64,000 nucleotides of DNA, from the IMG/VR virus record IMGVR_UViG_3300037400_003633, positions 1-64,000 of that record; one strand, written 5' to 3'. This DNA is from a virus. Taxonomy: Duplodnaviria > Caudoviricetes. Within the stretch, counting starts at the first letter, position 1; each line of letters begins with the position of its first letter. The notes below the pieces were generated by a model. It saw only the letters and a program-made list of their open reading frames with translations, was not told where the DNA came from and made no database searches. Positions 19,026 to 28,714 of this stretch are shown here, in pieces. Both the position numbers and the translations under genes were made by a program.

Positions 19026-19026
19026 T

Positions 19027-19611
19027 ATGAAATTTAACTTTCAAAGTAAAACTGGAGGGTCATATCATTCGTATGAAGTTCTTATAGTTTATTATTATCA
19101 TGATGGTGAGAAGATTAGGTCATCTAATTTTGAATCCACTGAATTGTTTGAGGAGTTCATGAATGAGTGTCATCCTGGTATACCATTTGATGAAGTCTTG
19201 GCTAAGTTTGGTAAGGCTGTAGAGTTGGTATCGAAATTAGCCAATAATGGTATATGGGAGGAGAGGCATGCAATTAAAATGGTCAATTGTTATCTTGCTG
19301 GTGATTTGCTGGTATCCTGTATGAGTTGTGTTGGTATTCATGAGAAGATGGCAGAGTACTATGAGGGTAGGAAGAAGATAAACGAAGGCTATTTGCAGAC
19401 ATTCCTGGCGAATGGTTGGAGTTATAATGACAAGTCTACTACTTTTGTTACGTTCACATATTATTATGATGCTGCTAATAGTGAGAAGCCATACAAGATT
19501 CATGTATTCAAGAACAAGATAGCAGTTGAGCGTCCCAATGGCACTGTGTGTAGTGTTATTGTAGCTGATAGGTTTTGGGTTCATTATGGTGGAAAGAAAA
19601 AGCCAGAATAA
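19027..19611 (+). CDS. hypothetical protein
   Basis: 194-aa ORF. Confidence 0.7.
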   Translation: MKFNFQSKTGGSYHSYEVLIVYYYHDGEKIRSSNFESTELFEEFMNECHPGIPFDEVLAKFGKAVELVSKLANNGIWEERHAIKMVNCYLAGDLLVSCMSCVGIHEKMAEYYEGRKKINEGYLQTFLANGWSYNDKSTTFVTFTYYYDAANSEKPYKIHVFKNKIAVERPNGTVCSVIVADRFWVHYGGKKKPE

Positions 19612-19643
19612 TTTGCTTTTTAAAAAAAAAAATTATATCTTTG
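19612..19643 (+). promoter_or_regulatory. Bacteroidota sigmaA-type promoter
   Basis: TTTG-N20-TATCTTTG. Confidence 0.7.
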
Positions 19644-19672
19644 CACTAAATTATTATAAATAAGGTATATTA

Positions 19673-20482
19673 ATGTCTAATAAGGTTAGTTTAATTATCT
19701 CAGATAAGGAGCGTCCTAATCTTATTTCTTTGTTTAAATCCTATGTAAAGCGTAGGGTTAAGGAAGAAACAGAGAAATGGGAGAGGCGTTATCGTGAACA
19801 TCCATACAGAGGCTATAGCATATACGATGATGACTATGACGAGGATATGGCTAGGTTACGTCGTTTCTATGGAATGGATGCTTTAGTAGATGAGTACTGG
19901 GATGACGATGAAGATGATGACGATGAAGACGATATAGAGTTTTCTGAGTATGATTATGAGGTAGATGATGATGGCACTATTGTATTTCCCCCACAGTCTG
20001 GTAACAAAGGTTCTGAGGATGTAACATTGCGTCCAGGGCAATATAGAAGGAGTGCCCAGGATATGGATGACTACTGGAATAAGATGGCTAAGTTCAATAG
20101 TAATGGTAAGCATAAGCATGTCAAGCATCGTGGAAAGAGGGGGAATAAGCATAAGAGAGATATCAATGAGCCATACAATGCTAATTTTATTGATGATGCT
20201 GATGATATAATATCACAGAACACCATATATTTTTATCCAGACTATCATGACAAGTATGAGAGATTAGAGTTCAATTCTCTTGTTGAGTTTGATGAATACT
20301 GCAATGAGGAAGGTTTTGTAGTGCCTCCTTATGTTGGAGAGATATTGGCTTATTCTACTGTATCTCATTGTTGCTTAAGACCTGATGCAAAGGAACAGGG
20401 TATTCTTGAGGTAATGAGAGAGGATACTTATGGTGATATGTTCTACGAGGCTTGTGAAACTTCAGAATTAAGTGCGACATGA
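19673..20482 (+). CDS. acidic hypothetical protein
   Basis: 269-aa ORF with poly-D tract; paralog of next gene. Confidence 0.7.
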   Translation: MSNKVSLIISDKERPNLISLFKSYVKRRVKEETEKWERRYREHPYRGYSIYDDDYDEDMARLRRFYGMDALVDEYWDDDEDDDDEDDIEFSEYDYEVDDDGTIVFPPQSGNKGSEDVTLRPGQYRRSAQDMDDYWNKMAKFNSNGKHKHVKHRGKRGNKHKRDINEPYNANFIDDADDIISQNTIYFYPDYHDKYERLEFNSLVEFDEYCNEEGFVVPPYVGEILAYSTVSHCCLRPDAKEQGILEVMREDTYGDMFYEACETSELSAT

Positions 20483-21060
20483 GAAAGAGAAATTTAAGTT
20501 ATAAACTATATGACCTGTTTAGGGAATACATAAAGAGGAAGGAGAAGGAGAGTCATATTTACGTTAACACTCATACCTCTTATCATTATCCAGCTTATTC
20601 TGGTGCAGCAAGGGCAGCTAATTCCTGGATGCATAAGAATGACAATTACGAGGGCGTTATCTATTTCTATGAGTGGTCTGACACTAATAGAGAACCAATG
20701 CTGTTCTATAATATCAATGCATTCGATGCTTTCCTGAGGAGAAGTGATATATTTATGCCCCCATTCCAGAAGGATGTCATTCGCCAGCTTGATAGGGCAT
20801 ATGTTTCTTGTAAGAAGGGGACACATGATATTGTTATCAGGGGAAGTAGGGCAATGTTGGATGATGCGCTAAGTAGGGTTGATTCTGCTGGTGTTGATAT
20901 GAATACAGTTTCCAGCGCAATACCTAACAGACCTGTGCCAGCTCCAGGGCTAAGCTTTGTTAATCCAAATTATAATCCAGCTAATCTGAATTTGACGTGC
21001 AGACCAGATAGAATGCCACCAATGTATGCTGGGTGTCAGAATGAGTCTTGGTATACTTAA
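20479..21060 (+). CDS. hypothetical protein, paralog of 19673..20482
   Basis: LFREYIKRKEKE / IYFY...FD...PP shared. Confidence 0.7.
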   Translation: MRKRNLSYKLYDLFREYIKRKEKESHIYVNTHTSYHYPAYSGAARAANSWMHKNDNYEGVIYFYEWSDTNREPMLFYNINAFDAFLRRSDIFMPPFQKDVIRQLDRAYVSCKKGTHDIVIRGSRAMLDDALSRVDSAGVDMNTVSSAIPNRPVPAPGLSFVNPNYNPANLNLTCRPDRMPPMYAGCQNESWYT

Positions 21061-21079
21061 GTACTTTTTTAAGTACAAG
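21061..21079 (+). repeat. polar 18-bp motif, variant copy 1
   Basis: GTACTTTTTTAAGTACAAG. Confidence 0.7.
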
Positions 21080-21092
21080 CAACATATGGGAT

Positions 21093-21165
21093 GGGACTTT
21101 TTCGGAAGTCCTATTTTTTTATACCTATAAAAAAAAGAGGATGGTATTCATTTACCATCCTCTTT
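21093..21165. terminator. pair of convergent intrinsic terminators
   Basis: GGGACTTT-TTCG-GAAGTCCT+T run; AAAGAGGATGGTA/TACCATCCTCTTT. Confidence 0.7.
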
Positions 21166-21384
21166 AATTGGTTTTATGTCAGTGACATTTTCTTTACCGA
21201 ACTGCTTAATGAGTTTTTTAACGATGCCTGGTACATCACTCTCTTTGAGCTTCTTTGCACTATTGATGTTTGTGGTGGTCACAGCTTCCCCAAACATTGA
21301 GGTGCGTCTGAAGTATGTTTTCTTGTGCCCTTTGAGGGTAAACTCCAGGATAACGTTATTCATATTAGAAGTAGTAAGGTTCAA
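21148..21384 (-). CDS. hypothetical protein (tandem paralog 3)
   Basis: KTYFRRTSMFGEAVTTTNINSAK. Confidence 0.6.
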   Translation of the reverse strand: MNLTTSNMNNVILEFTLKGHKKTYFRRTSMFGEAVTTTNINSAKKLKESDVPGIVKKLIKQFGKENVTDIKPIKEDGK

Positions 21385-21610
21385 GCACTGGGACTAGCTC
21401 AGCAATCTGTTTAGGGTCACCATCAAGCCCTCCCTCCTCTACAGGAAGGTTGGCGTAGAATTCTAGCTGGGTCTTCTCAGCTTTGGCAAACCAATCGTTT
21501 GTGTAGCCTTTTGCCTCATCCTTATTATTGGTAAACTCAATCTTACCTGTAAGAGGGGTATAAGACTTCACATACTTCTCCTTATCATGAACTTTCAATA
21601 CACACGGCAT
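21365..21610 (-). CDS. hypothetical protein (tandem paralog 2)
   Basis: EKYVKSYTPLTGKIEFTNNKDEAK; ATG 21610. Confidence 0.65.
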   Translation of the reverse strand: MPCVLKVHDKEKYVKSYTPLTGKIEFTNNKDEAKGYTNDWFAKAEKTQLEFYANLPVEEGGLDGDPKQIAELVPVLEPYYF

Positions 21611-21629
21611 AAGCTTAATGTTAATGTTA

Positions 21630-21647
21630 GACTTATTTAAGTACAAG
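21630..21647 (+). repeat. polar 18-bp motif, variant copy 2
   Basis: GACTTATTTAAGTACAAG. Confidence 0.8.
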
Positions 21648-21667
21648 CAACATATGAAATGGTCGGA

Positions 21668-21895
21668 TTAGTATCCACCGCCATCCATTACTGCGTACTG
21701 TAGTTCTGGGTACTTCTCATGGTCCCACATGATAGGATTCTTGAGGGTCTTAACCTCTGAGTTACAATAGAAGCTCCCGTCACGGACATAAGCTTCAGCC
21801 TTGTTAGTTGTGAAGGTAACAGTACCTTCAATCTTGTCCAGGTCCTTAATCCACTTCTTAGGTTTGCCTGGTTCATCAATTCTGATAGTTGGCAT
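21668..21895 (-). CDS. hypothetical protein (tandem paralog 1)
   Basis: KKWIKDLDKIEGTVTFTTNKAEA. Confidence 0.65.
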   Translation of the reverse strand: MPTIRIDEPGKPKKWIKDLDKIEGTVTFTTNKAEAYVRDGSFYCNSEVKTLKNPIMWDHEKYPELQYAVMDGGGY

Positions 21896-21975
21896 TTCTT
21901 TTACTGTTTTAATTTACTAATGTTAATAATATCCCCTAGCATATACGGTCACCCGCACATGCCTCTCAATTTGGG

Positions 21976-22007
21976 CAAAGATATGTATTTTTTTCCAAAT
22001 AACCAAA
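21976..22007 (-). promoter_or_regulatory. Bacteroidota sigmaA-type promoter
   Basis: Minus strand TTTG-N20-TATCTTTG. Confidence 0.7.
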
Positions 22008-22150
22008 TATTTTAACCATATTTAATTAAATAACCATTCCCAGGTTCTGGCGACATCATTCCTGAGGCAGAACTGCTGGTCAGTAAACATCCAAACAACT
22101 AGGGCAACGAGCGCTATGATGAGTATCCACTTAATCAGATTGATATCTGA

Positions 22151-22168
22151 GACTTAAATAAGTACAAG
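22151..22168 (+). repeat. polar 18-bp motif, copy 3
   Basis: GACTTAAATAAGTACAAG. Confidence 0.85.
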
Positions 22169-22187
22169 CACAATATACAATGTCCCC

Positions 22188-22505
22188 CTAGAGCTTTCTA
22201 GCCGTCTCCTCAAGAATTCTCCTGGTCTTCTCCAGCTCCAGCTCTTCAGACATCCTGGAGTATAGCTCTAGGACATCCTGATATCTAACGTCGAATATCT
22301 GGGATACCTCTATCAGAGTATGTGGATGTGGAAGACCAACCTTCTCCTCCCAGGCGTACAATCTTGCACATAGCTCCAGATTCTTCAAGTCTTCCTGCTG
22401 CCTCTGTAGTATCATCCTGCTGAGCTTATCAGATAGTGACTCCTGACTCCTGAGGAAGTAGCTTAAGTGTATCCCAATTAGTGTTATTATAATGTATTGT
22501 ATCAT
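22188..22505 (-). CDS. hypothetical protein, N-terminal hydrophobic segment
   Basis: 105-aa ORF ending TAG. Confidence 0.6.
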   Translation of the reverse strand: MIQYIIITLIGIHLSYFLRSQESLSDKLSRMILQRQQEDLKNLELCARLYAWEEKVGLPHPHTLIEVSQIFDVRYQDVLELYSRMSEELELEKTRRILEETARKL

Positions 22506-22519
22506 ATGCTATATATTTG

Positions 22520-22537
22520 GACTTAAAAAAGTACAAG
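22520..22537 (+). repeat. polar 18-bp motif, variant copy 4
   Basis: GACTTAAAAAAGTACAAG. Confidence 0.8.
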
Positions 22538-22649
22538 ACCACCTTGTCAATTGTTTAAAACGTATGTATACGAGTAATGACGTGGGGACACGTGTACACG
22601 CCTCACGTCTGTTAGCTCCAGATTGCCCACATGCAATGTGGATGTCGCC

Positions 22650-22856
22650 TCACGAGTTCTGTTCGATGAGCGACTCTACATTAGCCTTCATCAGGCTGTC
22701 CATTTCGCTTAGGAACAATATCTCTCCTCCACTGTCCTCTATGTAGCCGTCTCCATTTCTGGATGTGGTGTCTATATGGACAACGTTAGGGTAGCTTGTC
22801 CCGTTTTTCCCCAATACATTGATTGGCTTGGGTAAATATAAATCTACTTTCTTCAT
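22650..22856 (-). CDS. hypothetical protein
   Basis: ATG 22856 just downstream of minus-strand promoter. Confidence 0.6.
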   Translation of the reverse strand: MKKVDLYLPKPINVLGKNGTSYPNVVHIDTTSRNGDGYIEDSGGEILFLSEMDSLMKANVESLIEQNS

Positions 22857-22864
22857 AGTGGTTG

Positions 22865-22896
22865 CAAAATTACATAAAAGATTTGATATAACCAAA
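22865..22896 (-). promoter_or_regulatory. Bacteroidota sigmaA-type promoter
   Basis: Minus strand TTTG-N20-TAATTTTG. Confidence 0.75.
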
Positions 22897-23091
22897 CTTT
22901 TACTGGATAATTTATCTAAAAAGTTTATATAGCCCTATATAACTTTTACACCTTATTATATATACGTGCGAGGCTATTTGTAAAGAAATTAGAAAATTTT
23001 CATTCCAGATGATATTTTTTCTCTAAAAAATTTGGTAGTTTCGATTTTTATACCTAATTTTGCAGCGTGAAACATTAAAACAACAAGAGTT

Positions 23092-23412
23092 ATGGATAGA
23101 GAAGAATTTTACAAAGAGGGAAGCAAGGTGCTGACCGATGATGAGTACAATGTAATTTCAGGTGCATTTGACGATGCCGAAGAAACCTGTAACGACATTA
23201 TGAGTAACCTACGTGAGGTTATCAATGGCGTTATGGCTAAGTTGTGGGAAAAACGCAGTTGCACTGAACTGACTACTGACAGGTTTACTATCATCAATCG
23301 TTTTGGTGACATTACAGTCATTGACAGGAGAGTTGATAGCACTGAGGAAACATCACTTGATGACATTAATAGCGTTGACAAGTTAATGGATATTGTAGCC
23401 AGTATTATCTAA
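23092..23412 (+). CDS. hypothetical early protein
   Basis: 106-aa ORF after promoter; terminator 23418-23440. Confidence 0.7.
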   Translation: MDREEFYKEGSKVLTDDEYNVISGAFDDAEETCNDIMSNLREVINGVMAKLWEKRSCTELTTDRFTIINRFGDITVIDRRVDSTEETSLDDINSVDKLMDIVASII

Positions 23413-23453
23413 CACAAAGGTGGGGTGAAATTCCCCACCACTATCAATGAATT

Positions 23454-23882
23454 ATGGAAAGAAGAAAATTTTTAGTGAATGGTCGTGAACTGGAAACATA
23501 CCAGTTAAGTAACGAAGAACTGGTTAAGTTGTGTGACAGTCCTGAGACCTCGCAGGAAGATAAACAATTCCTGTTGGAGAAGATTAAAGAGCGTTTCACC
23601 TATGACCTGTGCAAGAGAGGTGGAGAGACCAACGACGATGTATTTGCACGTTTCTTTGGCAACTTTGTCAATGGCAAATGCGAGAGTAAGCGTAAGGTTG
23701 CCGAATTGATGAGTAAGGAGCATAGATATTTGCAGAACGAAATGTTCAAGGTGTGTTTGGAATACATTAAGATTCTTGCAGAGAACTGTGAAAAGGGATG
23801 GTTTGACCCACGTAACCAGTATGCTGCAAAGACATCTAAAGAGATTATCGACCACTTTAAAGAGATTAATTACCCATATTAA
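23454..23882 (+). CDS. hypothetical early protein
   Basis: 142-aa ORF. Confidence 0.7.
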   Translation: MERRKFLVNGRELETYQLSNEELVKLCDSPETSQEDKQFLLEKIKERFTYDLCKRGGETNDDVFARFFGNFVNGKCESKRKVAELMSKEHRYLQNEMFKVCLEYIKILAENCEKGWFDPRNQYAAKTSKEIIDHFKEINYPY

Positions 23883-23903
23883 CAATAATAAATAAGAAGA
23901 ATT

Positions 23904-24131
23904 ATGCAAGGAATTACAATTGACCAGTTAGCTGCAATGTGCAAGAAGCAACAGGCACTGGGTAACGGAAAGAAAATGGTTCTGATGTCATCTGATGACG
24001 AGTGTAACGAATACCATCAGGCTTGGAATGGACTGGAAGACCCATCAATACTTGGGGAGGGAGTTATCGACGAATACCAGTTATCAGGCTGTATCTCTAA
24101 AAATTTGAGTGATTATGTGTTACTGACATAA
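23904..24131 (+). CDS. hypothetical early protein
   Basis: 75-aa ORF. Confidence 0.65.
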   Translation: MQGITIDQLAAMCKKQQALGNGKKMVLMSSDDECNEYHQAWNGLEDPSILGEGVIDEYQLSGCISKNLSDYVLLT

Positions 24132-24132
24132 G

Positions 24133-24207
24133 GTTTCTGTTTTTCTAATAGTCATTTAGATTGTAAGTGTTTCGAAATGGGCTGTCTGTGTTAGATAGCC
24201 CATTTTT
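24133..24207 (+). ncRNA. candidate 3'-UTR sRNA: anti-start-codon segment plus terminator
   Basis: 24153-24172 complementary to leader+ATG at 28375-28394; hairpin 24175-24205. Confidence 0.4.
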
Positions 24208-24341
24208 AGTGAATAAACGTTAAATATTGATATAACCCTGCAAGTTTTCTCAAAAAAGTTTGGTGGTTTCGATTTTTTTATGTAATTTTGCATCGTGAAA
24301 CCTGAGGATAGTCCGAGGGTACGCCTTAAAAAATTACAATT

Positions 24342-25433
24342 ATGGCAGCAAACATTGAGATTATTAACGGAGTTGCAAGTTTTGCAGAGAACAAGAAGAG
24401 TGGTCTGGCATGGCATGGTCTGGGTCAGCAGGTAGAGGGTGCTATGTTCGTCGATGAGGCTTTGAAAGCCTGTCACGCTGACTATGAGGTACAGTCACGT
24501 CCAGTGATGGTATTGACCCCTGAGATTCAGGAGCGCATGATGCGTGGTGAGATTATCACTGCCGACGAGTTGATTAACCTGACTATCCCCAACACTATGG
24601 CTACTGTACGTACCGACCTGAATCGTTCACTGGGTGTGGTATCTGACAAGTACGGTATCGTTCAGAATGCTGATGCTTTCCGCTTTGTGGATATGTTCTG
24701 TTCAGGTAAGTTCGCTGACAGACAGGACACTCCAGTTATCGAGACCTGTGGTGTACTGGGTCGTGGTGAGCGTGTATTCGTTACTGCTAAGTTCCCTGAG
24801 CCTGTTGTGCTGAACTCACGTCGTGATGACATTGTGGAAATGTACGTGGTATTCACCACCAGTCATGACGGTACTGGTTCAGTACGCTGCATGGTTACTC
24901 CGATTCGTGTGGTATGCAACAACACACTGAACCTTGCTATGCGTAACAACATTGGTCGCATTTGCTTCCGTCACAGCAGCAATGTAATGGATAGACTTGA
25001 CCTGTTGCAGCAGGAGAACGCTGAGTTTGCTTACAAAGCAATGAACGTGTACGAGGTTTACACCAATGGTCTGAAAGAGCAGTTTGACCACCTGCGTAAC
25101 ATCAAGGTCTCTGAAAAGGATTTGGATAACATCCTTGCTGAGGTTCTTCTCTCTCCTGAGGCTTTCAAGGCTTACAAGACCGACGGCATCAATTCCAGTG
25201 AGATTAAGACTCGTGGTCGTAACCTGTTCTTCAACGTCAAGCAGGCTATTGAGACTGGTATCGGTCAGGACAATCAGGAGACTGGCACTGCAATGTGGGC
25301 AATCAACGGTCTGACTACCTACTATCAGAATCAGGCTAATTTCAGCAACGACGAGATTAAGTTTGACTCTCTGATGCAGGGCAATGCCTACAACAAGATT
25401 CAGAAGGCTCAGGAGTTGCTAATGGCAGTCTAA
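24342..25433 (+). CDS. DUF932-domain protein (phage/plasmid-like, TIGR03299 type)
   Basis: AWHGLG, LGVVSDKYGIVQNADAF, IETCGVLGRGERVF, TSHDGTGS...TPIRVVCNNTL. Confidence 0.9.
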   Translation: MAANIEIINGVASFAENKKSGLAWHGLGQQVEGAMFVDEALKACHADYEVQSRPVMVLTPEIQERMMRGEIITADELINLTIPNTMATVRTDLNRSLGVVSDKYGIVQNADAFRFVDMFCSGKFADRQDTPVIETCGVLGRGERVFVTAKFPEPVVLNSRRDDIVEMYVVFTTSHDGTGSVRCMVTPIRVVCNNTLNLAMRNNIGRICFRHSSNVMDRLDLLQQENAEFAYKAMNVYEVYTNGLKEQFDHLRNIKVSEKDLDNILAEVLLSPEAFKAYKTDGINSSEIKTRGRNLFFNVKQAIETGIGQDNQETGTAMWAINGLTTYYQNQANFSNDEIKFDSLMQGNAYNKIQKAQELLMAV

Positions 25434-25442
25434 ACCACTACA

Positions 25443-25478
25443 GGAAAGCCCTACCTGACTTGGGTAGGGTTTTTCCTT
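25443..25478 (+). terminator. intrinsic terminator
   Basis: GGAAAGCCCTACC/GGTAGGGTTTTTCC. Confidence 0.75.
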
Positions 25479-25511
25479 TCACTCTAATAATAATATAACA
25501 CCATATAAACT

Positions 25512-25895
25512 ATGAGTAAGACAAAGAAGAAATATAAGGTCAGGATATATATTACTGACAATGTGCGTGGCAATATGGTTAATTCATTCCTGAGATTGGG
25601 CGTTTTACGCCTCCAGAACTCATTTGATGGTAAGAATGGTATATTAGCCATCTACGACGTTATTTGCCCAGCACAGGCGATTCTAGAGTTAAATACGCTG
25701 GGTATTAAGTATTTCCCACTGGATAACTATTCTGATTTTGTTATCGCCTGCCCTAACTGTGGCGAAAGAATTGATGATGATATGATACTTACTATATATG
25801 ATGAGAATCTGTTATCAGGTTATAACATTAATTGCCAGCGCCAGGACTGTGGTACACAAATGGCACAGGTAGTGTTCACGCCAGCAGATTTGTAA
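25512..25895 (+). CDS. hypothetical protein with C-terminal Zn-ribbon
   Basis: CPNCGE...CQRQDC. Confidence 0.65.
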   Translation: MSKTKKKYKVRIYITDNVRGNMVNSFLRLGVLRLQNSFDGKNGILAIYDVICPAQAILELNTLGIKYFPLDNYSDFVIACPNCGERIDDDMILTIYDENLLSGYNINCQRQDCGTQMAQVVFTPADL

Positions 25896-26014
25896 AGAAA
25901 CACGAAAAGTTTATATAAGGTGATAAGTTTTTCACGAAAAAATTTGGTAGATTAGATTTTTTTGTGTAATTTTGCACCGTCAAACATTTAATAACAACTT
26001 AAATAATTATAGTT

Positions 26015-26851
26015 ATGGAAAAATTTGTTTATGGTCACGAGTTGAAGAACATGGGTATTTCTTACTTAGGTAGTGTAGCCCAGTCCATGAAGATGCGTTT
26101 GTCTTACGAGAATGGCACAATGACGTATTGCCTTTATCTCGCACCTGCCGATATGTCAGGTTACAATGTATGTCCTAACAGTGAGCACTGCAAGCAGTTC
26201 TGCCTGAATGGTAGCGGTCAGAATAAGTGCGACCAGTTGAGCCGAGGTGTGGAGGGTAGCCTTATAAACCGTTCACGTATCAAGAAAACCCGTAAGTTCT
26301 ACGAGGACAGAGATACTTTCATGCGTATGCTTATTCATGAGTTGAGACGTTATCAAAAGGCTGCAAAGGAAAAGGGCATGGAATTTTCGGTACGTCTTAA
26401 TGGTACGTCTGATTTGTCACCAGTTCTTTTCAAAGACCCCGACACTGGTAAGAATATCTTGGAATTGTTCTCTGATGTTCAGTTCTACGACTATACCAAA
26501 GTCCCCTCACGTATCAAGTTGATGCAGCGTTATTCTAACTACGACCTTACGCTGTCTTACAATGGTTACAATTGGGATGACTGCGAAAAGTTCCTGAATG
26601 CAGGTGGCAAGGTTGCAGTTGTATTCTTTAGTGAGAAACTGCCTAAGAGTTTTCATGGCTATCCTATCACTGACGGTAACGGTTACGATATGCGTTATCT
26701 TGACCCTGCAAAGCATATCATTGGCTTGCACTATCATAAGACTGCCAATGACTACTATGTTGACGAAAAGGACGGTAGGAGAAAGTTTAGAGTGCCTGAA
26801 ACTCCCTTTGTAGTCAAGGTAAACAACGAATTTGTGGACTGGGTTTTCTAA
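26015..26851 (+). CDS. phage Gp88-like protein (radical-SAM-like Cys cluster)
   Basis: LYLAPA...VCPNSEHCKQFCL, VRLNGTSDL, QFYDYTK, YDLTLS, DGNGYDMRYLDP. Confidence 0.8.
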   Translation: MEKFVYGHELKNMGISYLGSVAQSMKMRLSYENGTMTYCLYLAPADMSGYNVCPNSEHCKQFCLNGSGQNKCDQLSRGVEGSLINRSRIKKTRKFYEDRDTFMRMLIHELRRYQKAAKEKGMEFSVRLNGTSDLSPVLFKDPDTGKNILELFSDVQFYDYTKVPSRIKLMQRYSNYDLTLSYNGYNWDDCEKFLNAGGKVAVVFFSEKLPKSFHGYPITDGNGYDMRYLDPAKHIIGLHYHKTANDYYVDEKDGRRKFRVPETPFVVKVNNEFVDWVF

Positions 26852-26938
26852 CCCTTTCCACAAAAAAGTTGAGAAAAAGTTTGGATATTCCAGTTTTTTT
26901 TCCTAACTTTGCAACGTCAAACAAAAACAATAAGAGTT

Positions 26939-27364
26939 ATGGATAAGAAGAATTTCTATGGCGACATTAAGACCTTGCACAAGCAGGTTGTTGCCGAGAT
27001 TAAGGCTTTAATGGTTGAGCATGGCAAGGCAGTTGTTGACCTTGCAGGTAGCCAAGCCCCTCACGCTTTTATCATTGGCGTTCCAGATTTTGACTGGGAT
27101 ATGGACTACATTGAGGCAGAAGTCCTGAGTGTTATCTTGGAGGATGATAAGATTAAGTTAGACATCAACTGGGGTATTGACAGCGAGGACTACCTTGAAG
27201 AAAATCCCAATGATAACGATGACATCAGTGATTTGTATTCAGTGGTTGAGGCTAACGACTTTGAGAAACTTGTTCCTTGCGCAGGAATCAGTAATGTGTA
27301 CGAATCTGTTTGGGAATATCTTACCTGCGGTTACAAAGGTGATAACGACGAAAATTTAAAGTGA
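26939..27364 (+). CDS. hypothetical early protein
   Basis: ATG after promoter leader. Confidence 0.7.
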   Translation: MDKKNFYGDIKTLHKQVVAEIKALMVEHGKAVVDLAGSQAPHAFIIGVPDFDWDMDYIEAEVLSVILEDDKIKLDINWGIDSEDYLEENPNDNDDISDLYSVVEANDFEKLVPCAGISNVYESVWEYLTCGYKGDNDENLK

Positions 27365-27365
27365 T

Positions 27366-27551
27366 ATGGCAAATTTCAATGTAAGTGTTGACATGACATT
27401 ATGTAAGATGGTGTCAGTCGAAGCGGAGAATGAACAGGAGGCTATGGATAAGGTAAACGAAATGATTGCCAACAATCCATACCAGTACACTAACAATTAC
27501 AGCCACTATGTGACCCACAGCGTGGTTGATGCAGAACCAGATAACGATTAA
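27366..27551 (+). CDS. small DpnD/PcfM-like protein
   Basis: VSVEAENEQEAMDKV. Confidence 0.5.
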   Translation: MANFNVSVDMTLCKMVSVEAENEQEAMDKVNEMIANNPYQYTNNYSHYVTHSVVDAEPDND

Positions 27552-27554
27552 TGT

Positions 27555-27941
27555 ATGAGACGTTTTAGTATATTCGCAATGGTAGTCCTGCTGTTGACGC
27601 TCTCTATAGCCTCTTATGGGCTGTCACAGGACGTTGAAAAGGTGAAGCCCTCACAACTGCAAGGGAAGTATATAACAGACGATTCTGAGGCGTTTTACAC
27701 GTTTACTGGTGACAGCCTCTATATCGATTGCGCTGGAAGTGGTTGCGGCATCCATGCCTATAGTCTAAGATACACCAGAAATGATTTCAGTGAGTGTGAC
27801 TTGGAAGAAACCGTAGTAGACTTAGACACAGGCAAGGAGTCCAAGGAGAGGCATCACTTTAAGTTCTTAAAGCATGGTGACAGGGTTTATGTTATAGTAG
27901 GTCACAGGACGGTAGACGTTATCGAGAAAGTTCTTCCATAA
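27555..27941 (+). CDS. exported hypothetical protein
   Basis: N-terminal signal peptide. Confidence 0.65.
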   Translation: MRRFSIFAMVVLLLTLSIASYGLSQDVEKVKPSQLQGKYITDDSEAFYTFTGDSLYIDCAGSGCGIHAYSLRYTRNDFSECDLEETVVDLDTGKESKERHHFKFLKHGDRVYVIVGHRTVDVIEKVLP

Positions 27942-28039
27942 CCATATTAAGTTTTTTTAAGAAATTAGAGTCACGAAAACTTGTGATTCTAATTTTTTTT
28001 TTATATCTTTGCACCGAATTAATTAAAACATTAAATTAA

Positions 28040-28357
28040 ATGGAACAGGACGAAAGTAAGATTTTTGAAAAGTTCTACGGCAAAAAGGTTTGTACGGAGA
28101 AACTAAATGTAGAGGGCTACAAGAAACCCATCCAGTTTGATATTTATGACGGTTATGCTGTTTGTCCAAGCTATAAGGGGCACAGGCTTGAAATGACCTA
28201 CCCACAGATGAAAGCGGTAAAGGACAGCAAGGAGTTTTCAGACGCTATTATGAACTACGTTAGTGGTATTACCAATGTAGATGAAATAACCGTCCTACAC
28301 GTCCTGATAGCCTTTGGTACGTTCTATAAGGATGGGGTGGAGATTCCAGCTAAATAA
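28040..28357 (+). CDS. hypothetical early protein
   Basis: 105-aa ORF after promoter. Confidence 0.65.
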   Translation: MEQDESKIFEKFYGKKVCTEKLNVEGYKKPIQFDIYDGYAVCPSYKGHRLEMTYPQMKAVKDSKEFSDAIMNYVSGITNVDEITVLHVLIAFGTFYKDGVEIPAK

Positions 28358-28391
28358 CGACAGAAACAATCTTAAAACACTTACAATTATT

Positions 28392-28565
28392 ATGGCAAGA
28401 AAATATACTATCCAACTTAATTATAACGCATCTATCATTGTAGATGTTACTGGTAACGATGAGGGTGAAGCATTGGAGAATGCAAGAAACATTGCTGAGG
28501 ATGCAGACATCAAGGAATTTACTATCGGAGCAGAGAGGGAAAGTCAGATACTCAGGCAGAGTTAG
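28392..28565 (+). CDS. small DpnD/PcfM-like protein
   Basis: VDVTGNDEGEALENA; paralog of 27366. Confidence 0.5.
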   Translation: MARKYTIQLNYNASIIVDVTGNDEGEALENARNIAEDADIKEFTIGAERESQILRQS

Positions 28566-28635
28566 TTTTTCATAGTTTTTTATTGTTTTATTGTTAGTTA
28601 TTCAGGGGGTGCATAAAAAGATGCACCCTTTTTTT
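28566..28635 (+). ncRNA. candidate 3'-UTR sRNA: anti-start-codon segment plus terminator
   Basis: Reverse complement reads AACAATAAAACAATAAAAAACTATGAAAAA; hairpin 28607-28628 + T run. Confidence 0.4.
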
Positions 28636-28714
28636 GTGTTTTTCCATGAAAAAATTTGGTAGATTCGATTTTTTTATGTAATTTTGCCATGTCAAACAAT
28701 AAACAATAAGAGTT

